Positions 17,992 through 25,064 of a stretch of 32,000 nucleotides of DNA are shown here, in pieces. A program made the translations under genes and the position numbers. The notes beneath the pieces were generated by a model, which was not told the DNA's origin, made no database searches, and saw nothing but the letters and a program-made list of their open reading frames with translations. Origin of the DNA: Breznakia blatticola (GTDB taxonomy: Bacteria > Bacillota_I > Bacilli_A > Erysipelotrichales > Erysipelotrichaceae); contig NZ_SODD01000018.1 in assembly GCF_004365815.1 (NCBI RefSeq), positions 9,589 through 41,588 on the forward strand, read 5' to 3'. The number at the start of each line of letters is the position of its first letter. Within the stretch, counting starts at the first letter, position 1.

Positions 17992-18157
17992 TAAGTAATA
18001 AAACAAATGTACAACTTTCTCTTGGGCATATATATTGCACGACACACGAAGAACACTATAATAATGATTGTGATACATCATGTAAACGTGTATCACTATA
18101 CATGCTAATATTATTCAACGTATTAGCACACAATTCATGATTCTTTATACCTATAGT

Positions 18158-18185
18158 AAAAGGCTTCCGATTTTGGAAGCCTTTT
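18158..18185. terminator. Bidirectional intrinsic terminator just after the M23 peptidase gene
   Basis: AAAAGGCTTCC-gatttt-GGAAGCCTTTT: 7-bp GC-containing stem flanked by A4 and T4. Confidence 0.8.
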
Positions 18186-18192
18186 ATTTACC

Positions 18193-19590
18193 TTATAAGC
18201 CAAACACTTCTTCTGGACGCAACTTACAAGCTTGGCTGCCACAGTTTGCTGGTATATCCCAACCTGTACCATATTGCCAATCCTTTGTTGCATTCCATGC
18301 ATTAATTGCTTGGTTTTTATTAATTGATAGTTTTAATACTTCAAGATGTAAGTGAGCACCCGAAGTATTTCCCGAGTTACCAACATATGCGATAACTTCA
18401 CCTTGTTTTACACTACTCTTACCAATCACTGGCATACTTTGACTACAGTGATAGAAATTCATTGAGTATACTTCTCCATTTACTTCCATCAGTAGTTTTA
18501 CCGTATTTCCACCACCGAGTGGTGTACCTTCCCAGTTTCCTAAATATCCACCATTACTGCTAACTGGATTATTTGCATATAAAACAATTGCATCTGCTGG
18601 AGCATAGATTGGAGTTCCTATTGGTGCAGCAAAATCGACACCTAAATGTAATCCCCACCCATTAGGATACGACCATGTTCCTGCAGAAATATATCCTGCT
18701 TGGACTGGACGGATCAATGATGCACTTTCCATTGGTGGAAGTGGTACTTCTGGTTCACTACCATCTTCGGGTAAAGTTCCAAAATCTAAAGATGGCATAT
18801 TGGCTTCACTTGTATTTGCTGCTGCCATTGTGCGGTTTTTTTCTGCAGTTAAGTTCGCTTGTACTTTTTGGTATTCTTGCATAATCGCTTTATTACCTTC
18901 TTCAAGACTTGCTACTCTTTCTTTATTATAAATCAGTGATTCTTTTTGCAATTCAAGTGTATCTTGTAATCGCGCATACTCAACTTTTGCAGTTTCTAAT
19001 TTCTGTATTTCATCTTTTAATTGCTCAATTAACTTTTGATCACTTTCTGTTAATGTTTGAATACTTTGTACACGTTGTAGTAAATCTACAAACGATCCTG
19101 CACCCATAATAAAGTCAAAATATTGATTGGTATTGATATCCACTTGTAAATCCAACATTCGATCCATAATGTGTTCTTTACGTTTACTAATATTACTCTC
19201 GTTTTTTTCGATATCTTGTTGTGCAAGCACAATGTTTTGTTCCATCGCAACAATTGATGATTCCGCTTGAGAAAGTTGGCTATTTAAAGAAGCAATTTGC
19301 TCACTGTATTCTTTGGATAGATTTGTTAGACGATCAATATCGCTTTTCAAACTATCAATCTTACTTTGAATGGAATCTGCTTCTTTTAAGTATGATTCTT
19401 TTTGTGTTTGCATATATGCTAAAAATTCACGGCATGTTTCTTGCAATGAAGGGTCTGTAATATATTGAGAACATGTTTGTTGCCACTGTGGTTCATTTCC
19501 TTCAAACTCACTTTTTCTAGGCATTGTTGTAATAACTTGAATACCTAAAGTAGCTACAATTGTAATAACTAGTAATTTTTTCATGTGCAA
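18193..19590 (-). CDS. Secreted M23 (LytM-type) peptidoglycan metalloendopeptidase with a long N-terminal coiled-coil
   Basis: 465 aa. Signal peptide MHMKKLLVITIVATLGIQV. About 230 aa of heptad-like, Q/E/L/K-rich sequence. Catalytic motifs HLGVDF (HxxxD) and GAHLHLEV (HxH) are intact. Confidence 0.88.
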   Translation of the reverse strand: MHMKKLLVITIVATLGIQVITTMPRKSEFEGNEPQWQQTCSQYITDPSLQETCREFLAYMQTQKESYLKEADSIQSKIDSLKSDIDRLTNLSKEYSEQIASLNSQLSQAESSIVAMEQNIVLAQQDIEKNESNISKRKEHIMDRMLDLQVDINTNQYFDFIMGAGSFVDLLQRVQSIQTLTESDQKLIEQLKDEIQKLETAKVEYARLQDTLELQKESLIYNKERVASLEEGNKAIMQEYQKVQANLTAEKNRTMAAANTSEANMPSLDFGTLPEDGSEPEVPLPPMESASLIRPVQAGYISAGTWSYPNGWGLHLGVDFAAPIGTPIYAPADAIVLYANNPVSSNGGYLGNWEGTPLGGGNTVKLLMEVNGEVYSMNFYHCSQSMPVIGKSSVKQGEVIAYVGNSGNTSGAHLHLEVLKLSINKNQAINAWNATKDWQYGTGWDIPANCGSQACKLRPEEVFGL

Positions 19591-19654
19591 TCTCCTGTAA
19601 CCATTATATACGAAACATTATAAACTTGCACTTCTTATAAGAAAAGAGAATCTC

Positions 19655-20161
19655 TTAGTTTTCTAAGAAATCCTCTCCTTTGATTACTTCATGTTTTACT
19701 AATCCAGGATAATCCAGTTGACGGTTTACTTCATATGCCATAATTGCAACACAGTTACTTAAATTCATACTACGTGCACTTGCAACCATTGGTAAACGAG
19801 TGCAACGATCCAAATGATCTTTTAAGATCTCTTTTGGAATTCCTGTGCTTTCTTTTCCAAATACAAGATAGATATCTGTATCCTTTGGAAATGCAAATTC
19901 ATTTGGTGCATGTTTTGCATAACGTGATACATAATACATCTCACCTTCACTTTTTGCATCTAAGAATGCTTGCCAGTTTGGATAAATCGTATATTCTAAA
20001 TCTTTACGATAATCCAAACCAGAACGACGTAAATGTTTTTCATCCATCGAGAACCCAAGTGGTTCAATTAAGTGTAGTTTGCAATTCATCGCGACACAAG
20101 TTCGCATGATGTTTCCTGTATTTTGTGGTATTTCTGGTTCGTATAAAACAATATGTATCAT
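19655..20161 (-). CDS. trmL: tRNA (cytidine/uridine-34-2'-O)-methyltransferase TrmL (SpoU/TrmH family)
   Basis: 168 aa. IHIVLYEPEIPQNTGNIMRTC and SMNLSN..A closely recall E. coli TrmL (YibK). Confidence 0.85.
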   Translation of the reverse strand: MIHIVLYEPEIPQNTGNIMRTCVAMNCKLHLIEPLGFSMDEKHLRRSGLDYRKDLEYTIYPNWQAFLDAKSEGEMYYVSRYAKHAPNEFAFPKDTDIYLVFGKESTGIPKEILKDHLDRCTRLPMVASARSMNLSNCVAIMAYEVNRQLDYPGLVKHEVIKGEDFLEN

Positions 20162-20736
20162 TTTAAGTCCTCCAATAATTTAGCAAGTGCAATTCCACGA
20201 TGTGAAACTGTATTTTTACGTTCGGAATCTACGTTTGCTAGTGTTGTTTGAAATGGTGGATAGTAGAAAATTGGATCATAACCAAAGCCATTGGTTCCCT
20301 TGCTTTCTGTGTATATTTCTCCATGCACTTCTCCACGATATTCTTTATGTGTTCCATCCGCTTTTACGTGACTAATCACACAAACAAATTGTGCACCACG
20401 ATCATCTGACTTTGCGACTTCATCAATAATCGTTTGGTTTTTAAGATCATATGATGTATCCTCACCTAAATAGCGAGCGGAATAAACACCTGGTGCTCCA
20501 TTCATTGCATTTACACATAAACCGGAATCATCACTGATAACATCCACATGTAAGACATCATAAACACTCTTTGCTTTTTTATATGCATTGGCTTCAAATG
20601 TATCCCCATCTTCAATAATTTCAATTTCTTGGTCAAGATCACGAAGTGATTTTACATCATAACCAAGTGGTTCTAACATTTCTTTAAACTCTTTCACTTT
20701 ATTAAGATTGCTTGTTGCAATAAATAGTTCTTTCAT
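20158..20736 (-). CDS. rdgB: Non-canonical purine NTP (dITP/XTP) pyrophosphatase RdgB/HAM1 family
   Basis: 192 aa. ATSNLNKVKEF, GFGYDPIF and SHRG motifs. 4-nt ATGA overlap with trmL. Confidence 0.9.
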   Translation of the reverse strand: MKELFIATSNLNKVKEFKEMLEPLGYDVKSLRDLDQEIEIIEDGDTFEANAYKKAKSVYDVLHVDVISDDSGLCVNAMNGAPGVYSARYLGEDTSYDLKNQTIIDEVAKSDDRGAQFVCVISHVKADGTHKEYRGEVHGEIYTESKGTNGFGYDPIFYYPPFQTTLANVDSERKNTVSHRGIALAKLLEDLK

Positions 20737-20758
20737 ACGATACCTCCACTCCCCATAT

Positions 20759-20787
20759 ATTTTATGCTACAAATAGCATTTGAACAA
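20759..20787 (-). promoter_or_regulatory. Candidate rdgB-trmL promoter (TTGTTC-17-TAAAAT) with the palindrome ATGCTA-N4-TAGCAT in the spacer
   Basis: Minus strand: -35 at 20787-20782, -10 at 20764-20759. The palindrome spans 20764-20779. Confidence 0.4.
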
Positions 20788-20951
20788 GTAACATCTACAA
20801 TACTTTTAATTTAATTAACACCCGGCTAATCACGTAATTGAAAGACAACTATCATTTAAAGAAAACGAGCTCCGAATAAGGAACTCATTACATCTTTATC
20901 ATAGCCTTAACATTTGTATCTTTCCAAAAGAAAAGGATGTACGAGTACACC

Positions 20952-21419
20952 CTAAATCTTTGCTTTTATACGATATTCATTACGGAAGTATGCTAAGATA
21001 CCTTCCAATGTTTCGTTAAGTGCGATATTCTCATCTAAGCCTAAATCCCCAATTGCTTTATCGATCATGTTTGCATGGAATGCTTCATGAACATCAAGTA
21101 TTGGCATTGCTTTATCCGTAAGACGTAAACGAACAATACGTTTGTCTTTGTCGTCACGATAGCGCTCAACATACCCTTTTTTAATCAATTTGGCTACGTT
21201 TGTTGTTAAGGTTCCTTGCGTTACCATTAACCGCCCAGCAATATGTGACATCGAATTGTCGCTGGCTTATTGAATATTTTCCAGAATGTGAACATCATTC
21301 ATAGAAAGGTTCACTCCAGAATCTTTTAAATTACGTTCTTCAATATACAGTATGTAATTAAATAATCCAACTAACAATTCATTCAAGGTGTGCCTTGTAT
21401 TCAGTTTTTGTTGGCCCAT
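20952..21419 (-). pseudogene. MarR-family transcriptional regulator interrupted by one in-frame TAA (codon 51 of about 155)
   Basis: The frame from ATG 21419 reads MGQQKLNTRHTLNELLVGLFNYILYIEERNLKDSGVNLSMNDVHILENIQ-TAA(21269-21267)-ASDNSMSHIAGRLMVTQGTLTTNVAKLIKKGYVERYRDDKDKRIVRLRLT... The 99-aa track ORF (20952-21251) is only the C-terminal part. I verified frame continuity base by base. Confidence 0.7.
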
Positions 21420-21434
21420 AATAGTTGTACTGTA

Positions 21435-22115
21435 CTATTCTGCTTCCTTGTCAGCAGCTTTTTTTGTAGTTGTTTTCTTTGCAGCTGGTTTTTTAGCGGC
21501 AGTTTCTTTTTTTGCAGCAGTTTCTTTCTTAGCAGCTGTAGTTTTCTTTGCAGCTGGTTTCTTTTCTGCTGTTTCTTTTTTAGCAGCTGTAGTCTTTTTT
21601 GCAGCTGGCTTTTTAGCAGCTGGTTTCTTTTCTGCTTTAGCTTCATCATCTTTTTTAGCTACTGCTTTTTTTGCAGGTGCTTTTTTTGCAGGTGCTTTTT
21701 TAGCTGGTGCAGCTTTTTCTTCAGCTTTTGCTGCTACTGGTGTAGCTGCAACTGGACCTTTTTCTAAAGCTTTTTTAGCTTCTTCACAGATAGCTGTAAA
21801 TCCTTTTTCATCATGGATAGCCATTTCTGAAAGCATTTTACGGTTTACTGTAATGTTAGCCCATTTTAAACCACAAGTTAATTTTGAGTAAGATAACCCA
21901 TTCATTCTTGCAGCAGCGTTGATACGAGAAATCCAAAGTTTTCTCATGTCACGTTTTAATTGACGACGGTCTCTGTAAGCATATTTAAGACTGTGCATTA
22001 CTTGTTCATTAGCTGTTTTGTATAGGATGTGTTTTGATCCAAAATACCCTTTCGCTAATTTAATGACTTTTTTTCTTCTAGCGCGTGTTGTTGTTCCACC
22101 TTTTACTCTTGGCAT
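21435..22115 (-). CDS. rplT: 50S ribosomal protein L20 with a ~105-aa Lys/Ala-rich C-terminal extension
   Basis: The first ~120 aa are colinear with the canonical L20 sequence as I recall it ([37 protein letters not shown]..). The remaining 105 aa are AKK/PAKK/TAAKK repeats. Confidence 0.95.
   Translation of the reverse strand: MPRVKGGTTTRARRKKVIKLAKGYFGSKHILYKTANEQVMHSLKYAYRDRRQLKRDMRKLWISRINAAARMNGLSYSKLTCGLKWANITVNRKMLSEMAIHDEKGFTAICEEAKKALEKGPVAATPVAAKAEEKAAPAKKAPAKKAPAKKAVAKKDDEAKAEKKPAAKKPAAKKTTAAKKETAEKKPAAKKTTAAKKETAAKKETAAKKPAAKKTTTKKAADKEAE
21438..21752 (-). repeat. Low-complexity coding repeat (xxAKK pentads; longer unit [16 protein letters not shown] x3) forming the L20 tail
   Basis: [20 protein letters not shown]...[57 protein letters not shown]. 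It generates long spurious ORFs in other frames and on the other strand. Confidence 0.9.
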
Positions 22116-22130
22116 ATCAAATTCCTCCTA

Positions 22131-22325
22131 CTATTTTTGTAACATTAGCTTGATGCGTTTGTAATCGCTCTCGCTAACTAATCCTGGTTTCGCTAATTGT
22201 CTTCTTTGTTTTTTTGTTTTCCCGTGGAAACGGTGTGATGTATAAGCATGTCCTCTTTTTAATTTTCCAGAACCTGTTTTCTTTACACGTTTTGCTAATC
22301 CACTGTGTGATTTCATTTTTGGCAT
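22131..22325 (-). CDS. rpmI: 50S ribosomal protein L35
   Basis: 64 aa. [24 protein letters not shown]... is typical L35. SD AGGAGGAA upstream. Confidence 0.95.
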   Translation of the reverse strand: MPKMKSHSGLAKRVKKTGSGKLKRGHAYTSHRFHGKTKKQRRQLAKPGLVSESDYKRIKLMLQK

Positions 22326-22341
22326 AAAACTTTTCCTCCTA

Positions 22342-22884
22342 CTATTTTTTATTACCCATTGGAGCTAACACTAAAGACATTGTGTTACCTTCAAGAATTG
22401 GTTTCTTTTCAACTTTTGCAATATCTTGCATTTCTTCAACGAATTGATTCATCGCTTTTTTACCGACATCGATACGAGTCATCATACGACCTCTAAAGCG
22501 CATATCAACCTTAACTTTGTGTCCTTGCTCAATAAATTTACGAGCATGACGAACCTTAGTATCAAAATCATGTTTGTCGATATTTGGTGGCAAACGTAAT
22601 GATTTTAATTCGACAACGTGTTGCTTACGTTTAGCTTCCTTCGATTTCTTTTGCATGTCAAAGCGATAACGACCATAATCTAAGATTTTACATACTGGTG
22701 GGTTTCCTTTTGGAGCCACACATAATAAATCAAGATTTTGCGAGTATGCTTTTTCTAAAGCATCATTACGCGACATAACTCCCAATTGTTCACCATCTGC
22801 ATCGATGACTAGCACTTCTTTAAAGCGAATTTTCTCATTAACTAAATCCGTGTTAACGTTGTTTGGTACGACCTTTCTAATAAT
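22342..22884 (-). CDS. infC: Translation initiation factor IF-3, predicted non-canonical ATT start
   Basis: IF-3-like [23 protein letters not shown]..., [17 protein letters not shown] (22896-22890) lies inside the track's GTG-started ORF. Two ATT codons follow it: ATT 22884 at 5 nt and ATT 22881 at 8 nt. No ATG is available before the conserved N-domain. Confidence 0.88.
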   Translation of the reverse strand: MIRKVVPNNVNTDLVNEKIRFKEVLVIDADGEQLGVMSRNDALEKAYSQNLDLLCVAPKGNPPVCKILDYGRYRFDMQKKSKEAKRKQHVVELKSLRLPPNIDKHDFDTKVRHARKFIEQGHKVKVDMRFRGRMMTRIDVGKKAMNQFVEEMQDIAKVEKKPILEGNTMSLVLAPMGNKK

Positions 22885-22910
22885 AGACACCTCCTCGTGA
22901 TCAAACACAA

Positions 22911-23036
22911 ATAAAAAGTGAGCATACGTTGCCCACTTGCTTAACTTAATACGTTTTTTGTATTATGTAGCGCATACCTCAGTCTTTGTGACAGCAGGTG
23001 AGAAGTGGACTTCTACTTTCTACTAACTTTTATTAC
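22911..23036 (-). promoter_or_regulatory. infC-rpmI-rplT leader with attenuator terminator (L20-leader-type autoregulatory RNA, tentative)
   Basis: A ~125-nt leader sits between the promoter and the infC SD. It ends in the hairpin AGTGGGCA-acgta-TGCTCACT (22937-22917) plus TTTTT. The position and architecture match the Bacillus-type L20 leader. I did not verify the rRNA-mimic fold. Confidence 0.55.
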
Positions 23037-23042
23037 TAGACA

Positions 23043-23070
23043 ATGATACCACAACTCGTGGGATTGTCAA
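23043..23070 (-). promoter_or_regulatory. Candidate promoter of the infC operon (TTGACA-16-TATCAT)
   Basis: Minus strand: TTGACA (23070-23065), 16-nt spacer, TATCAT (23048-23043). Confidence 0.6.
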
Positions 23071-23233
23071 TGAATAAATGATTTATTTGCTTAGCTGAAT
23101 GATATCACATACGCTAACTTCTATACATACAAATCGTTTTCCATTTGTTTTCATGTTGTAGTGTTTGTCACATGAAGTATAATAGTAGTAAGGTAGCAAT
23201 GATCTAGACATATCATTGCACAGTGTGAGATGT

Positions 23234-24052
23234 ATGAAAGAACTATATAAATTATTAGAAAAACTATTTCCAACAAAGGAAATACATATTGAAGTTTTAG
23301 ATAAAGGGATTAGCAATCAAAACTATTTAGTACACGTGGAGCATTCAACTTATGTAATGCGTGTTCCATTTCCAGATCAAGGGCATGTTTTCTCACGTTT
23401 ACATGAAGCTGAAATTAACGATTGTGTCCGTGACCTTGATGTCCCTTGTATTTACTTTGATCCAAAAACAGGAATTAAACTTACAAACTATATTCCAGAT
23501 TTAGCTGAATATGAAGAATGTACAGACGAAAACAAAATTGAAAGAGCCGCTTTATTAGTAAAAGCATTGCATCAAAAGCCAGCTCCAGATTTTGATTTTG
23601 ATCCAATTGCAACACTAAAAACATATCAAAAGATGCTACAAACCCCAATCTACGATTTAACCGACTATCAATACATTGTCGATAAGGTAAAGAATATCAA
23701 GCATACTAAAGTGCTTTGTCACAATGATTTAGTTTCTGGAAATCTATTATTTGGAAATGATCGTGATTATCTGATTGATTATGAATATGCTGCTGCAAAT
23801 GATGCATTATTTGATGTAATGAGTTTTTTATCGGAAAACAACATTACAGATCCAACATTACGTCAGCGATTCTATGATGTGTACTTCGATGAAATGAATG
23901 AAGACATTATGCATAGTTTATCGATATGGGAAAATTTCCACAATCTCTTATGGTGTACATGGGCAATGATGTTGTACGAAAAACGTCATGAATCCATCTA
24001 TAAAGAAATCGCAAAAATGAAATATGATGCCTTAGTTGCATCGCATACTTAA
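23234..24052 (+). CDS. Choline/ethanolamine kinase-family phosphotransferase (LicA-like)
   Basis: Brenner motif LCHNDLVSGNLLF. Choline-kinase motif LIDYEYAAANDALFDVMSFLSE. I prefer the start at ATG 23234 over the track's TTG 23216; the SD is weak either way. Confidence 0.72.
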   Translation: MKELYKLLEKLFPTKEIHIEVLDKGISNQNYLVHVEHSTYVMRVPFPDQGHVFSRLHEAEINDCVRDLDVPCIYFDPKTGIKLTNYIPDLAEYEECTDENKIERAALLVKALHQKPAPDFDFDPIATLKTYQKMLQTPIYDLTDYQYIVDKVKNIKHTKVLCHNDLVSGNLLFGNDRDYLIDYEYAAANDALFDVMSFLSENNITDPTLRQRFYDVYFDEMNEDIMHSLSIWENFHNLLWCTWAMMLYEKRHESIYKEIAKMKYDALVASHT

Positions 24053-24085
24053 AAAGATTCACCATCACGGTTGAATCTTTTCTTT
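24053..24085 (+). terminator. Intrinsic terminator of the kinase gene, overlapping the 3' end of the convergent gene
   Basis: AAGATTCA (24054-24061), 10-nt loop, TGAATCTT (24072-24079), then a T-rich tract. Confidence 0.55.
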
Positions 24086-25018
24086 ATATTGATAGTCGAT
24101 GTATTTCTTCAGTTGCAAATCCTTTTCATTTAGATGATCACTTACAAAGCCATAGGCTCCTAATTCTTCTTTCTCATAGATAAGTGAAAGTTGATTGGTT
24201 GTATATAAATACACTTTCAATCCTTGATTATTAAATGGAAGAAGATCTTCACTTGTTTGCACCCAAGTGTGTTTCATTAACACGGTTTCTATATTGTGTT
24301 CAACACAAAAACTTGCAACACGTTCAAAGTCTTTGTTTTTCTCTTTATATAACGAATACATATAATGTTTGAATGGATGTATATTTTTTATTGCAAGATA
24401 TTGCTCCTCATTATAAAACTGGATAATCATACGATCTAGCACATCCATTTTATCTAATTTACTTGCTTGATTTACCATAGCAGCAATCATCATATCGAAA
24501 GAAATTTCATCTGTATACTTCGTATCAACAACAAACATCGCATCAACATGTGTATCCATATAATTCAACAGATCAGTTAAATCACTTGTTGGATATTTAT
24601 AATACTTATAATTTCGTTTAAATGCTTCATAAGTTGGTATTTCTTCTTCAAAAGCAAGATAGTGGTTCCCACTTTCTTCCCAGTCATGATGCAAAACAAG
24701 CACACCATCACTTGTCATATTTAAATCCACTTCAAATAAACGAGAACCATGTACATAATTCTCTTGCAAAGCTGTGATTGTATTTGTTCCTGCTTTTCCA
24801 TCAATTCCACCTAATGCATGCTTAATAATCCGTTGGTTTTCATGCCATACCGGATGAAATGGTTCCACTGCTTTTTCCTTTGTGGTCATTGTTGTTGTGG
24901 CATTTGGTATATACGCAACCACTGCTACAAGCAACCCCATACTCAACATCCCTGCAAGAAATGCAAAAATGAGTGTTCTTCCTTTATATTTCATATCTTC
25001 ATTTTGGAATAGATACAC
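24065..25018 (-). CDS. Membrane-anchored glycerophosphodiester phosphodiesterase (GDPD)-family protein
   Basis: 317 aa. An N-terminal TM segment (LIFAFLAGMLSMGLLVAVVAY) is followed by HALGGIDG..TNT..A...G.RLFEVDLNMTSDGVLVLHHD, which resembles the GDPD/PI-PLC-like fold signature. The start codon is uncertain: GTG 25018 or ATG 24994. Confidence 0.6.
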   Translation of the reverse strand: MYLFQNEDMKYKGRTLIFAFLAGMLSMGLLVAVVAYIPNATTTMTTKEKAVEPFHPVWHENQRIIKHALGGIDGKAGTNTITALQENYVHGSRLFEVDLNMTSDGVLVLHHDWEESGNHYLAFEEEIPTYEAFKRNYKYYKYPTSDLTDLLNYMDTHVDAMFVVDTKYTDEISFDMMIAAMVNQASKLDKMDVLDRMIIQFYNEEQYLAIKNIHPFKHYMYSLYKEKNKDFERVASFCVEHNIETVLMKHTWVQTSEDLLPFNNQGLKVYLYTTNQLSLIYEKEELGAYGFVSDHLNEKDLQLKKYIDYQYKEKIQP

Positions 25019-25029
25019 TTGAATTGCAA

Positions 25030-25053
25030 GAAAAAAGACGATTTCTCGTCTTT
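25030..25053 (-). terminator. Intrinsic terminator after the 1024-aa surface-protein gene
   Basis: Minus strand: AAAGACGA-gaaa-TCGTCTTT followed by TTTTTC. Confidence 0.75.
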
Positions 25054-25064
25054 AAACATTTCTT

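Noticed and set aside
17908-18096. 62-aa minus-strand ORF in the gene-free spacer
   Set aside because: GTG start without an SD, and a His/Tyr/Leu-rich nonsense-like sequence. The region is better explained as non-coding (see the sRNA-candidate finding).
21438-21752. Regular short repeats as a possible CRISPR array or minisatellite
   Set aside because: The repeats are in frame within rplT, have a 15-nt/51-nt coding periodicity, and have no unique spacers. This is not a CRISPR array. No cas genes are in the window.
21388-21891. 167-aa, 125-aa (+ strand) and 82-aa (- strand) ORFs with FFAAGF / SSCSF / KKLQL repeats
   Set aside because: These are frame and strand shadows of the Lys/Ala repeat that encodes the L20 tail. 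The L20 frame is the only one continuous with a recognisable protein.
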